Positions 19,409 to 28,358 are shown, counted from the first letter of the stretch. The stretch is 64,000 nucleotides of DNA from an uncultured virus (IMG/VR IMGVR_UViG_3300001580_000009) (IMGVR_UViG_3300001580_000009), one strand, 5' to 3'. Translations and numbers: made by a program. The notes: generated from the letters alone by a model not told the origin.

Positions 19409-20679
19409 TAAACAGGCCACAATCTCTTTTTATCAGGTAAAGCCAACGTAGCAATTTCGGGAAAAGTTTGTTTAAAATTTTCACCGCGTAGTTTATCTAA
19501 TCTTCGTATTTCATCTCTAAATTTGTTCTTCTGCTGTTCCCATGTATCCTGAGAAGACACCCACGGTATTGTTACTTCCAATTGATTAACTTTTTCTTTG
19601 CTAAACTTTTTGCTACGCATTAAGGTAATAGCACCTTTCATTTTAGTTTTTCCGATAGCTTTCAATTCAGGGGGCAATATATGTGCTGTTAGATGCTCGG
19701 GCGTAGACATACAATATAATGTATATACGCTATCCAATGCATCATACAAACCCTTGTCTATCAAATATGAGTAAAATTCATAAATGGTCAAGTAGTTGAA
19801 TACACTAAGAACCGTATTCATTTGAACTGACAAGAATGGCGTTTGTTTAGCTATATGGAAGTTTTCTTCTACTCTTGCCCAGTTGGTCCCGTGACGAATG
19901 TATTCTGCTCTGTCACCATAATGGTCAATGCTAGCGTAGATATCAATACGTTTCTTGAAATGCTTCCACAAACTCAACAGGTCTTTATCTTTGAACTTAA
20001 GATTGGATAAGTTTGTATTGTAACGCAAGTTGATATCTGTTCTGCCACGCCTGATCATCTCCTCAAGCATAATGTAATGCTCATCAGTGATCAATGGTTC
20101 GCCACCGGCAAAATATGCCGTCTCAATATGATCAATTTGATCTATGACATCCTTTAAGAATTCTTTATTGTCATTCTTGGGAATTTGTCTAGCATAGAAT
20201 ACTTTAGACTTTAAATCTTCTTGTTCCCATTGCGTACTAAAACCTGATCCGCACGTGCGGCACTTAAAGTTACAGATATTGCTGAAACGGATATCAAAAT
20301 AACGCATCTTGAAATCAGTTAACTCACCCGTTTCGGGATTGGTATATCCCATTACTTCGTCAAAATGATGCTTATGTTCGTCATTGAACATTTGCCTAAA
20401 GCTACGAACTTTTTGTTTCTCATGGTTGTGGCATTTAACACATTCTGGATTCTTAACTCCACTAAGCATATCTAAGCGAAGCTGTTTCATTTTAGGACTA
20501 TTTACTAATTCAGAGAGGCGCTGTGTCCTAGAATTACCCACTCCATCTTCTGTTGCACACGATTCGGCAATACAACAAGGAGCAGCGACACCCGTAGGTG
20601 TTGTATGGATGTGTGTCCACGGTACCATACAAAACGTCTGGCTTTGTTCTAGCATTAGCTTTTTAAATACGTCACTCAT
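19408..20679 (-). CDS. Radical SAM enzyme with N-terminal twitch-like domain
   Basis: FCMVPWTH...APCC...CVKCHNHE, then CNFKCRTC and FAGGEPL. Close paralog of the next gene. Confidence 0.88.
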   Translation of the reverse strand: MSDVFKKLMLEQSQTFCMVPWTHIHTTPTGVAAPCCIAESCATEDGVGNSRTQRLSELVNSPKMKQLRLDMLSGVKNPECVKCHNHEKQKVRSFRQMFNDEHKHHFDEVMGYTNPETGELTDFKMRYFDIRFSNICNFKCRTCGSGFSTQWEQEDLKSKVFYARQIPKNDNKEFLKDVIDQIDHIETAYFAGGEPLITDEHYIMLEEMIRRGRTDINLRYNTNLSNLKFKDKDLLSLWKHFKKRIDIYASIDHYGDRAEYIRHGTNWARVEENFHIAKQTPFLSVQMNTVLSVFNYLTIYEFYSYLIDKGLYDALDSVYTLYCMSTPEHLTAHILPPELKAIGKTKMKGAITLMRSKKFSKEKVNQLEVTIPWVSSQDTWEQQKNKFRDEIRRLDKLRGENFKQTFPEIATLALPDKKRLWPV

Positions 20680-22082
20680 AATGGGTTCAACCGATTAGTT
20701 TCTTGGCACAATCTATAAAAACCCTTCATTTCAGGGAACACACTTAACAGATCAGTGTCGCGGCGCTCGTCTAATTCATTGAACCAATTATAAAAGTCTC
20801 GTCTACCTTCAATTAGTTTTTCTTCGGAATAAACTGTATCACGCATATAATCAACAACACGCTTGAACTTTTCATATTCAATAGAACTGAACTTGTTCCC
20901 AGCTTTGTCGTCAACGTTATCTTCCATAAACTTGAGTGCTTCATACATATAGGGCATGAACTCATCTTTAGGTAGAATGTTCATATCGTACTGAATGGGT
21001 TCACGAAGGTATGGTGTATCAAAGCGTACACGATGCTGCGGATTAACAGGGTCATCGTACCAACCATAAATATTGCGCCATTCTAAAATCTTCTCAAGCA
21101 ATGACTTAAAGGTGGTCACTGAGAAGATATTGAATGTCATCATGAAAGTGATTGGACTATTCGTACCAGTTAGATATGTGTGAAAGTTTTCTTCCCATAC
21201 GTCTAGGTCAAGCCCTGTACGAATATACTCAGCACGTGGACCCCAGGTATCCATACTTGTGAATAGTTTGAAGCTTTGAATTTTGTTTTCAGTTGTGAGT
21301 TTCTTTACCTTATCAGCAAGTCTTTGAATTAAAACGTTTTTAGTACCTAAGTTACTATTGACGTTTAACTCTAACCAAGGCATAGGATCACTGTCAATTG
21401 ATTCTAATAGTTGCCATGTACTCTTGTGTAGAGTAGGTTCGCCGCCCGTAACACGCAAGATGTTTAGTGTCTTACGCATTTCAGGCCACCATTCCCAGAA
21501 TGCATCAACGTACGGGTTTTCTTCTTCGCGTTGATACAAACGCATCCAGTCAATGTCACAACGATGATTCTTGACCGAAGTAACGGGGCCAAAGTCTTCA
21601 ATCTCTTTATAGAAACGTGTACTATACTTGGGATGACAATAACCACATTTGAAATTACATTCGTTACCGAAGTTGATTTCAATGTATTCTGGATTAATGT
21701 TTTGATCCCACGGTCCTTTAACCGTTTGTTCAAATCGGTCTTCTGTAAAAATAGAACTATTTCTAATATGCCTATCACTGAGATAGTCGGGACCCATGGC
21801 TTCAATGTTCCAGCAATACTGACAACCTTCAGGCTTGCCGCCCTCAAGCATTTGCTTACGTTCAAGCTTTTTGTATGAGGTATTGTGCAATGCGCTAGGA
21901 TTATCTTTCAATTCTGATAACGGTATCTTATGTGGGCGCGGGTGATAACAACTATGTGTCTCACCCGATTGAAGATACATTGTTACATGATGCCATTTAG
22001 CAAGGCAGAAAGTAGGACCGGCTTCGTTTTCGACTTTGATCCTAATTGTTTTAATTCGTTTTTGTTCGTGACTGTCGCTCAT
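20676..22082 (-). CDS. Radical SAM enzyme with N-terminal twitch-like domain (divergent paralog)
   Basis: FCLAKWHH...HSCYH...GCQYCW, then CNFKCGYC and TGGEPT. Probable start at 22082 (TAATG coupling). Confidence 0.85.
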   Translation of the reverse strand: MSDSHEQKRIKTIRIKVENEAGPTFCLAKWHHVTMYLQSGETHSCYHPRPHKIPLSELKDNPSALHNTSYKKLERKQMLEGGKPEGCQYCWNIEAMGPDYLSDRHIRNSSIFTEDRFEQTVKGPWDQNINPEYIEINFGNECNFKCGYCHPKYSTRFYKEIEDFGPVTSVKNHRCDIDWMRLYQREEENPYVDAFWEWWPEMRKTLNILRVTGGEPTLHKSTWQLLESIDSDPMPWLELNVNSNLGTKNVLIQRLADKVKKLTTENKIQSFKLFTSMDTWGPRAEYIRTGLDLDVWEENFHTYLTGTNSPITFMMTFNIFSVTTFKSLLEKILEWRNIYGWYDDPVNPQHRVRFDTPYLREPIQYDMNILPKDEFMPYMYEALKFMEDNVDDKAGNKFSSIEYEKFKRVVDYMRDTVYSEEKLIEGRRDFYNWFNELDERRDTDLLSVFPEMKGFYRLCQETNRLNPL

Positions 22083-23032
22083 TACCAACCTTCAATTTTT
22101 CGAATAACTTCCATTTCAGTAATCAACGGACCCAAATTATGCTTATCAGCATTATAGTGACGCTTGAAGAACTTACTTTGATCTGGTGTCAGTGTGCAAA
22201 TGGGTAGCCCTAATTTTGCGCTTAGTTGTTCGCCGATAAAATCTGCCTCAATCATAGGATCTTTTTCTTTGTACTCATCCCACATTTCAACATAGTTATC
22301 AAACCACTGAACCTTAGTGTGTTCCCAATCAGTTAGCATGGTCATGTATGTACCTAGACGAGCACCATAGATAGCCCAATGCCCATTGTCTGCATCAGCA
22401 CCTACGTTATGCCAGATAGTAAGATTATTTAGATTGCGCGTAGCTACCGTTTCTTTGAATGCGTCAATAGATGGTCTAGAACCACGATCTAAACACATCT
22501 TAACACCCTCACGAAATCCTGCGCGCCAGGCTTGGAATGGTGTATAGTTGGGATATGTAGTTGAGTAGCAATCATACATTGCCCAATAGAGGTTATCTTT
22601 ACTATCTAAGCAGAAATCAGCAATACGAGTAATGTCACCGTCAGTTTGTGCTTCATGTGTTTTCATATTGGCCACATAAGTCTTTGTCCAAGAACTCATG
22701 CCACCGTTACCATAACGAAGACCATTAATAGCATTAATAGACTTCCAACGAAATTGTGCTTTGTGGTAATTGGCATCCTTACCAGTGAAGTCTAGTTGAA
22801 TATTGAAGAATGATTCTTCGGGCAACGTGTCACCGTCAATTAGAATGAATCTCTCAGTATCACTAGCTTCACCTGCAGCTTTATGTGCTGCATCACTTCC
22901 TTTAACGCCGTCTACTCTAACTGCCCAAGGGATCATGTTCTTAATCTTGAGCCAAAATTCTTCTTTTTGTGGCTCGTCGTAAGAAAGGTAAATAACTGAA
23001 AGGTCGGCAACGTCAATGATATCTTCACGCAT
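22082..23032 (-). CDS. GT-A fold glycosyltransferase-like protein
   Basis: VIYLSYDEP...VDGVKGSDAAHKAA...FILIDGD (DxD)...YGNGG...QAWRAGFREGVK. Confidence 0.5.
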   Translation of the reverse strand: MREDIIDVADLSVIYLSYDEPQKEEFWLKIKNMIPWAVRVDGVKGSDAAHKAAGEASDTERFILIDGDTLPEESFFNIQLDFTGKDANYHKAQFRWKSINAINGLRYGNGGMSSWTKTYVANMKTHEAQTDGDITRIADFCLDSKDNLYWAMYDCYSTTYPNYTPFQAWRAGFREGVKMCLDRGSRPSIDAFKETVATRNLNNLTIWHNVGADADNGHWAIYGARLGTYMTMLTDWEHTKVQWFDNYVEMWDEYKEKDPMIEADFIGEQLSAKLGLPICTLTPDQSKFFKRHYNADKHNLGPLITEMEVIRKIEGW

Positions 23033-23041
23033 AATAAATCC

Positions 23042-23401
23042 TCATCTAATCTCGTAGATGTTAAGTTTCCACTTTTGTTTCTTTATAGGGTCTTTACTAG
23101 AAACAACAACACTAATGTCTTCCATAGCACACACACGCCCTTTGGACTTGTCTGGCATTAATTTGGTAATTACGGCGTGCGGTGCTACGGTTGACAACTT
23201 TCCATCGACAACTCTAACATCAGGTCTTGCCTGAGCGAATGTCATAGCGTCGATTATAATATAATTCCCGTCTAACTTCTCGCATGTATATGTGATCACA
23301 TGCCCTTTTTCATCGTAGTAAAGTCTGAACTCTGGCTTTTCAAGCTTCGGTGCTTCCCAAATGATTACATAATCTTGATTGTCATTTTGTTCTGTTGTCA
23401 T
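23042..23401 (-). CDS. Hypothetical protein
   Basis: 119-aa ORF, translationally coupled (ATGA) to the upstream gene. Confidence 0.7.
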   Translation of the reverse strand: MTTEQNDNQDYVIIWEAPKLEKPEFRLYYDEKGHVITYTCEKLDGNYIIIDAMTFAQARPDVRVVDGKLSTVAPHAVITKLMPDKSKGRVCAMEDISVVVSSKDPIKKQKWKLNIYEIR

Positions 23402-24195
23402 TTGTAAACTTTCATAAGTTTATCAGAAAAGTTCTTGATGTTATAGTGAAAAGGATAACGCTGGGGGAATGTGTTTATCCTGATCGTATGAGGCAGTAGT
23501 TCGTATATCAGTGTGTCAGTCCAGTTCTCAGTGGGCAATCCATTGATAAACTGTTTCATGTGAACCATGCTCATGTCTTTGAATTGAGGCAGTGTTGTAA
23601 GCTCTTCCCCAACAATGTGACTGGCTAACGCATATACCCAGTCAGTTGTTGCCTTTTCGTCAGCATTACACTGCAATACTGCTCTGTAATCTTCCCAGTT
23701 TTCAAAAATAGTTTTAACATTTTGAAAGAACCATTCGGCTACAAGACCTTTCTTGAAATAAGTAATAGCATTATAGGTATCGGGTAACTTATTATCTGTT
23801 ATAAATCTACGGTAAGCTTTTACATCACTTATTTCTTGTTTGAAATTGCGAATAGTAGTAGAAATGACCACTTCACGTTTAGTTAAAACGTCCCACCAAT
23901 AATCAATTGATGTCGGGACAAACATGTCCGCTTCTAGTTTAATCGTATATTCATATGGGCTAGCTTCATATACTTGCCAGTCATTGATTAGTTTCCAATC
24001 ACTGTCGGATGCAAGGTCACCATAGGGTAACTTAACCACTTGGTCAAATGCCTTTGACTTCTTAACGTCATTTGATATAAGAGTAACATTGGCATCAGGC
24101 ATTACTCTTTTGATGCTTTTAGCCAAAACTTCTGCGCACTGAACATAGTTAACTTTGTCTGTGTTTTGCGCTAACACTACAAAACCTTTATTCAT
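23398..24195 (-). CDS. GT8-like glycosyltransferase
   Basis: GFVVLAQN..YVQCAEVLAKSIK..VTLIS...SPYEYTIKLEADM...MVHMK. Paralog of the upstream gene. Confidence 0.6.
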   Translation of the reverse strand: MNKGFVVLAQNTDKVNYVQCAEVLAKSIKRVMPDANVTLISNDVKKSKAFDQVVKLPYGDLASDSDWKLINDWQVYEASPYEYTIKLEADMFVPTSIDYWWDVLTKREVVISTTIRNFKQEISDVKAYRRFITDNKLPDTYNAITYFKKGLVAEWFFQNVKTIFENWEDYRAVLQCNADEKATTDWVYALASHIVGEELTTLPQFKDMSMVHMKQFINGLPTENWTDTLIYELLPHTIRINTFPQRYPFHYNIKNFSDKLMKVYK

Positions 24196-25018
24196 TGATT
24201 AACTCCACAAAGTTATCTTTGTTCATAACGTGAAAGTCCATGTCTTTTATCGTTATGTATTCTTTACGAATCTTACCCTTTTGCCAATTGTCAAATAGTA
24301 TCGTATACTTAGTATTAAATGGATCATTGTTTTCAGCATAGATATGTGTGTTCTTACCTATGTGCATTAGATTCCAAGGAATAATGTCATTGGGTATAGT
24401 ACAATGGCCATTGGCAATTCTTAGTGCTAATGTCAGTGCATAGTCGTTTCTATATACACCAGCAACGAAACTATGAATGTCCGCATAATGTGCGTAATTC
24501 TCTTGAACCATTTTTAAACAATTAAAAATCTGTTCTGCCCTACTTGTTTTCTTAAACGCAACAACAGTAGCCCACAATGTCTTATAGCTATATGAGCTAA
24601 GAACTTCTTGGGCTGCTCCGGGCTGCATAAAGAAACCTGTATTGTCATGACAGCAGAAATCGTCCATTACATCAAATGTTTTTAACACTTTATCAGAATT
24701 GACCATATAGTCAACGTCCAATAATAGAGTTTCATCATACGGGCTTAGATCATACGCTTGATATCTACCCTTATTAATCCAAACACTGTAATCTCTTACA
24801 TTCGTAGTATCAGGTGTTACTTTAATTACCTTGTCGAATTTATAAGTTTGACGCAATGGTATAGAACTGTCGTCAGTAACTAGCGTGACAGGTAGATTTA
24901 AAAAGTGGTTAATGCGTCTGGCTGTATAAACAGCCATATCGTAATAATTATACTTAGGTGAATTGAAGGCGAAAAGTATCGCGCCCCGATTTATCTTTTT
25001 GTTTCTAGTTCTTGCCAT
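24188..25018 (-). CDS. GT8-like glycosyltransferase
   Basis: GAILFAFN..YYDMAVYTARRI..VTLVTD...SPYDETLLLDVDY (DxD)...RNDYA...FHVMNK. Confidence 0.62.
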   Translation of the reverse strand: MARTRNKKINRGAILFAFNSPKYNYYDMAVYTARRINHFLNLPVTLVTDDSSIPLRQTYKFDKVIKVTPDTTNVRDYSVWINKGRYQAYDLSPYDETLLLDVDYMVNSDKVLKTFDVMDDFCCHDNTGFFMQPGAAQEVLSSYSYKTLWATVVAFKKTSRAEQIFNCLKMVQENYAHYADIHSFVAGVYRNDYALTLALRIANGHCTIPNDIIPWNLMHIGKNTHIYAENNDPFNTKYTILFDNWQKGKIRKEYITIKDMDFHVMNKDNFVELINE

Positions 25019-25296
25019 TCAGTGTGCCACTCTTTCATTACGGTTTGATATGTTTCTTGTAATTTGGTTAATAACTTACTTCTATCAACTTCTACAGGGT
25101 TCCCGAAAGTATCTATCATGACTACTTGTTTACCCTTCATAGAACTAAGGAAAGATATGGTTGGCATGTCGGCGGACCATAGCCCACCTTGTTCAGCTAC
25201 GATTAGCTTATTGTTGTATTTTTCTTTTAAATAGGCTTTAGCAGAATTATGACTAAATCTGGCTTTGGCTTCAGAAATTAAGATTTTAGTATCCAT
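24991..25296 (-). CDS. Hypothetical protein, first gene of the modification cluster
   Basis: 101-aa ORF with SD AGGAG and an upstream CTAAATA box. Confidence 0.7.
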   Translation of the reverse strand: MDTKILISEAKARFSHNSAKAYLKEKYNNKLIVAEQGGLWSADMPTISFLSSMKGKQVVMIDTFGNPVEVDRSKLLTKLQETYQTVMKEWHTEWQELETKR

Positions 25297-25312
25297 CGAT
25301 TACTCCTAAGAG

Positions 25313-25319
25313 TATTTAG
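25313..25319 (-). promoter_or_regulatory. Putative late promoter variant CTAAATA
   Basis: Intergenic, 16 nt before the ATG of the first cluster gene. Confidence 0.45.
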
Positions 25320-25344
25320 ATGGATACTAACTCAATTTTAAAAA

Positions 25345-26295
25345 TTATGCGCCGGTTACTGAACCGGTTAGTGTGACTGTGCCCCAGCTATTAGCTAGGT
25401 TAGTAGTTTCTGGGTATTTAACGGTTAGTGTCGTAGCCGATCCGGTCGCTACTACCAACCCATCCGGAACTTCGTCCCAAATTGTGTAGATAGTAATGAC
25501 GGCCCCGTTGTCTCCATTTCCACCAGTAGGTGTACTTGTCTTAGCGATGAAACGTAAGAACGTACTTAAATATCCTGATGGTCCGGTGCTTGCGGTCTGA
25601 GTGAACACCGTAGAGTTAGCAGTAGAAAGACCATAATAGCCCTTAGAACTATCTATAGTAGGAGCATTACCACCTCCACCGATCTTTGTTATACCATTAT
25701 AGCTTACACTAGCAACAGTAACTGAACCGCTGCTAGGAGCACTCATTACAACAGTACCTACGTTTGAGCATAAGTTGTTGAATAGTAAATTAATACCCGT
25801 ACCAGTTGGGTGAGATACGGTCATAGCCAACTGACCACCAGAATTAAAGAAATATCTAGCGGCATCACCGTTAGCGAATGTAGCAGTATGCGTAAACGTT
25901 AGTGCCTGACTCCACGTAGAACCGTAAGTAGCAGTATTAGCAGTAGTAGAACCTTGAGTAGCAGCGTTCAATCTGTTAGAGTAGATAGAAGATAAGTTCG
26001 TGGGGATAGCAGACAAATATGTGATCGTGCCCCCAGAGACAGGTGCGCTTACGCTAGAAATACTAGTACCTTGGTGTGACGCGGCCGATGCTGTGTTGCT
26101 AACAAGAGTTGCCCACTTGGCTGCGGTTACTGTTTCACCGACTGCTACGTTGGCGATTGCTGTTTGACCGTAACCTGATGTTCCCGATCCGGTAGCCCAT
26201 GTAGTATTCAGTAAATTCGCCCCTGAGCCGGGGTTGGGACCTATCAAATTATTGAAGTCCGTACTTTGAATTAGTCCAAACTGTGCGTAAGTCAT
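25345..26295 (-). CDS. Virion structural protein (Ser/Thr/Gly-rich, tail-fibre associated)
   Basis: Very low charge and beta-rich composition; GYGQTA, WATLV and AARYFFNSGG motifs; follows the fibre gene. Confidence 0.6.
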   Translation of the reverse strand: MTYAQFGLIQSTDFNNLIGPNPGSGANLLNTTWATGSGTSGYGQTAIANVAVGETVTAAKWATLVSNTASAASHQGTSISSVSAPVSGGTITYLSAIPTNLSSIYSNRLNAATQGSTTANTATYGSTWSQALTFTHTATFANGDAARYFFNSGGQLAMTVSHPTGTGINLLFNNLCSNVGTVVMSAPSSGSVTVASVSYNGITKIGGGGNAPTIDSSKGYYGLSTANSTVFTQTASTGPSGYLSTFLRFIAKTSTPTGGNGDNGAVITIYTIWDEVPDGLVVATGSATTLTVKYPETTNLANSWGTVTLTGSVTGA

Positions 26296-26305
26296 GTTAT
26301 AATCC

Positions 26306-27532
26306 TTATCTTATTACGACAATAGCTTCAACTGTACCAACACCGTCGGACTTTTTATCTTCCAATGCTCTACCGATTGTATTAAATGCTGTGGTTTCTT
26401 CAGGTTTTGCGCCCCGTGCCATACCATTTCCCGCACTGACTAGGCGCTGGCCTTTAGATACTTTGCCCACAACTTTAACCTGCACCCGTCCACTGACTGC
26501 GACCGGCGGATGTGTTTTGTCCTCACCTGCGCCCGCGTTCATCAAGTACGCAGCAGTATCAGATATAACACCAAAAACATCTTCTGATAGTTCATACTTA
26601 ACGGCGGTGATTTCTTTTTCACCGCCCAATTGAACTACCGTGCCCGGTTCATACATAGTATCAGCCTCGAATCTTTCTGCCAAGTCAGCGTATGTTGCTT
26701 GTAGTCTAGATCCTGCCGTCAATGTCCAGTTACCGGTCATCGAACCTGCTGTTGTATTAGCGCCGGTAGTAATACCAGTCATCGTGACTGTTGTTGCTAA
26801 AATCTGTCCATTATATACGGGTAAGTAGCCTGCAACGTTACTGTTACTATATGTTCCAGCAAAGCTTACGGGCAAACCATTAGCATAATAATAATTGTCT
26901 GTTCTGATACCTACATTCGCTCCGCCTGCTACAACTAAGTTACCATTAGTTACGACCAAACTAGTAGTACCGTATGATCCTACTGTTCCTCCACCGTTAG
27001 CTGTCCAAGTACCTACGATTTGACCAGGTGTTGTCTGAGATCCGGTAGTAATATAAGTTGTTGTTAAGTTTCCTGTAACGTTAGCTGAAGACATTGTAGT
27101 CGCAGCTAAATTAGCATTAGCGGATACTGTCAAGTAAGCGCAAGAAATTGAATTGGCTGTCACTCCGTTTGTAGCAGTAACGTTATTGGCCAACAAATTA
27201 CCAGTTACAGTAACGGCGCCGAACGTAGTGTTACCTCCGGATGAGGTTGCTGTTAACGCTAACCATGCAAGAGCATTTGCTTCGCCGTCAATTGGGCAAA
27301 CATACATTGTACTATCACTTGTGTTGAACCACAACTGACCGCGCATTGGGTTAGGGGGTGGATTGTTATCCGCGAAATTTTCAACAATATGAACAAAGTT
27401 ATTATCTAACGTTTGTCCGTACCCGGCATAGTTTCTGCCGGGTAGACCTAAAGAGGTACTTGTTGTGTTAATTGTACCGTCAGCGATAGTTGTTAGTAGA
27501 GTACCGTCGCTTTTAACAATCGTATATGCCAT
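26306..27532 (-). CDS. Tail fibre with C-terminal intramolecular chaperone/autocleavage-like domain
   Basis: N-terminal attachment region (GRNYAGYG..NF..IVENFA...PPPNP.RGQLWFN), T/N/G-rich shaft, and C-terminal YADLAERFEAD..PGTVV..FGVIS..PVAVSGRV.VKV (Peptidase_G2/IMC-like). Confidence 0.75.
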   Translation of the reverse strand: MAYTIVKSDGTLLTTIADGTINTTSTSLGLPGRNYAGYGQTLDNNFVHIVENFADNNPPPNPMRGQLWFNTSDSTMYVCPIDGEANALAWLALTATSSGGNTTFGAVTVTGNLLANNVTATNGVTANSISCAYLTVSANANLAATTMSSANVTGNLTTTYITTGSQTTPGQIVGTWTANGGGTVGSYGTTSLVVTNGNLVVAGGANVGIRTDNYYYANGLPVSFAGTYSNSNVAGYLPVYNGQILATTVTMTGITTGANTTAGSMTGNWTLTAGSRLQATYADLAERFEADTMYEPGTVVQLGGEKEITAVKYELSEDVFGVISDTAAYLMNAGAGEDKTHPPVAVSGRVQVKVVGKVSKGQRLVSAGNGMARGAKPEETTAFNTIGRALEDKKSDGVGTVEAIVVIR

Positions 27533-27554
27533 TTTTCAATTACTCCGTTATCTT

Positions 27555-27561
27555 TATTTAT
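27555..27561 (-). promoter_or_regulatory. Putative late promoter ATAAATA
   Basis: Intergenic, upstream of the fibre gene SD (GGAG). Confidence 0.55.
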
Positions 27562-27563
27562 CT

Positions 27564-28184
27564 TTAAATAGTAACTAGGTTTGTCAGACTTTGAATTCTT
27601 ATGGTATAATCAATCTGAATTTGTCTGTTTAGCGATTTTTGAACCGGGTGAAATATCACATGGGTCAATAATCTTGTGATTACGTTGCCCTCACTATCGG
27701 TTCCGTAGTTGGCCAATAACCCTAGCTCATCGAAGATATATTCCGAGTCCGTCTGAGTGCTATTATCAAATGCTGCTTGTCCTGCGGGTTCACCGTAGTC
27801 TAATAAGCACTGAACCAATATATCCGTATAAATCTTACCTGTAGTATGTAACACCGTCATTTTATTACGAGTAGGATCTAAGTTAAAAACACTTGTATCA
27901 TCTACTATTTTGGCGTAAGTTTCGTTGTACAAAGAGGCTGTTTGACCATTGACATTGGGCGGGAGATATGTAATAACCCCGGTTTCATCAACGCTTGCGC
28001 CACCGTTACCAAAAGCCATTTGATAAATTTCACCATACCCTCGACTACTTAACGTGTCGGCCATTGCTTCAGACATATTTTCGTAATTAATGGCATTATG
28101 CTTATCTACGAAAATTTCCCCGTTATTGGGGTCGTAGATTTTCAAAAACCCTTGTATTTTGTATGATAAAGTTATTCCGGACAT
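27564..28184 (-). CDS. Tail collar/baseplate-associated structural protein
   Basis: MAFGNGG...SLYNE...FDELGL...LLTHVIFHPVQKSLNRQIQIDYTI resembles tail-collar fibre N-terminal domains. Lies among structural genes. Confidence 0.55.
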   Translation of the reverse strand: MSGITLSYKIQGFLKIYDPNNGEIFVDKHNAINYENMSEAMADTLSSRGYGEIYQMAFGNGGASVDETGVITYLPPNVNGQTASLYNETYAKIVDDTSVFNLDPTRNKMTVLHTTGKIYTDILVQCLLDYGEPAGQAAFDNSTQTDSEYIFDELGLLANYGTDSEGNVITRLLTHVIFHPVQKSLNRQIQIDYTIRIQSLTNLVTI

Positions 28185-28345
28185 CAGTTATCGCCTCGTT
28201 TTTGTACTATGACTTTTTGGGTATTAGGGTCAAATATTTTCAAATGCGACGACAAATAGAAACCCCCAACTTCATCCGGTTTTCTTTCAACTTTCTGATT
28301 TTGAGGGGCTTCTTTCCCCGTATTCTTTGACTTATATTCTTCCAT
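28184..28345 (-). CDS. 53-aa small protein missed by the ORF track
   Basis: MEEYKSKNTGKEAPQNQKVERKPDEVGGFYLSSHLKIFDPNTQKVIVQKRGDN*. Fills the gap exactly, has TGATG coupling to the next gene and a late box upstream. Confidence 0.7.
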   Translation of the reverse strand: MEEYKSKNTGKEAPQNQKVERKPDEVGGFYLSSHLKIFDPNTQKVIVQKRGDN

Positions 28346-28347
28346 AT

Positions 28348-28358
28348 TATTTATTTAT
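28348..28358 (-). promoter_or_regulatory. Putative late promoter (overlapping ATAAATA boxes)
   Basis: ATAAATAAATA between the giant gene stop and the small ORF start. Confidence 0.5.

Noticed and set aside
15939..25296. RiPP (ranthipeptide/sactipeptide) cluster
   Set aside because: No evident precursor peptide, RRE/PqqD domain, peptidase or exporter, and the context is sugar enzymes. Direct modification of virion proteins is not excluded.
1..25296. DNA hypermodification cluster
   Set aside because: No thymidylate synthase/hydroxymethylase, TET/JBP, aGPT-PRPP, nucleotide kinase or deazaguanine genes seen, and the cluster has late-type boxes. Disfavoured but not formally excluded.
1..25296. 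Host O-antigen/capsule locus misjoined to phage DNA
   Set aside because: No flippase, polymerase or membrane initiating transferase. Gene packing, strand and promoter boxes are continuous with the phage structural genes.
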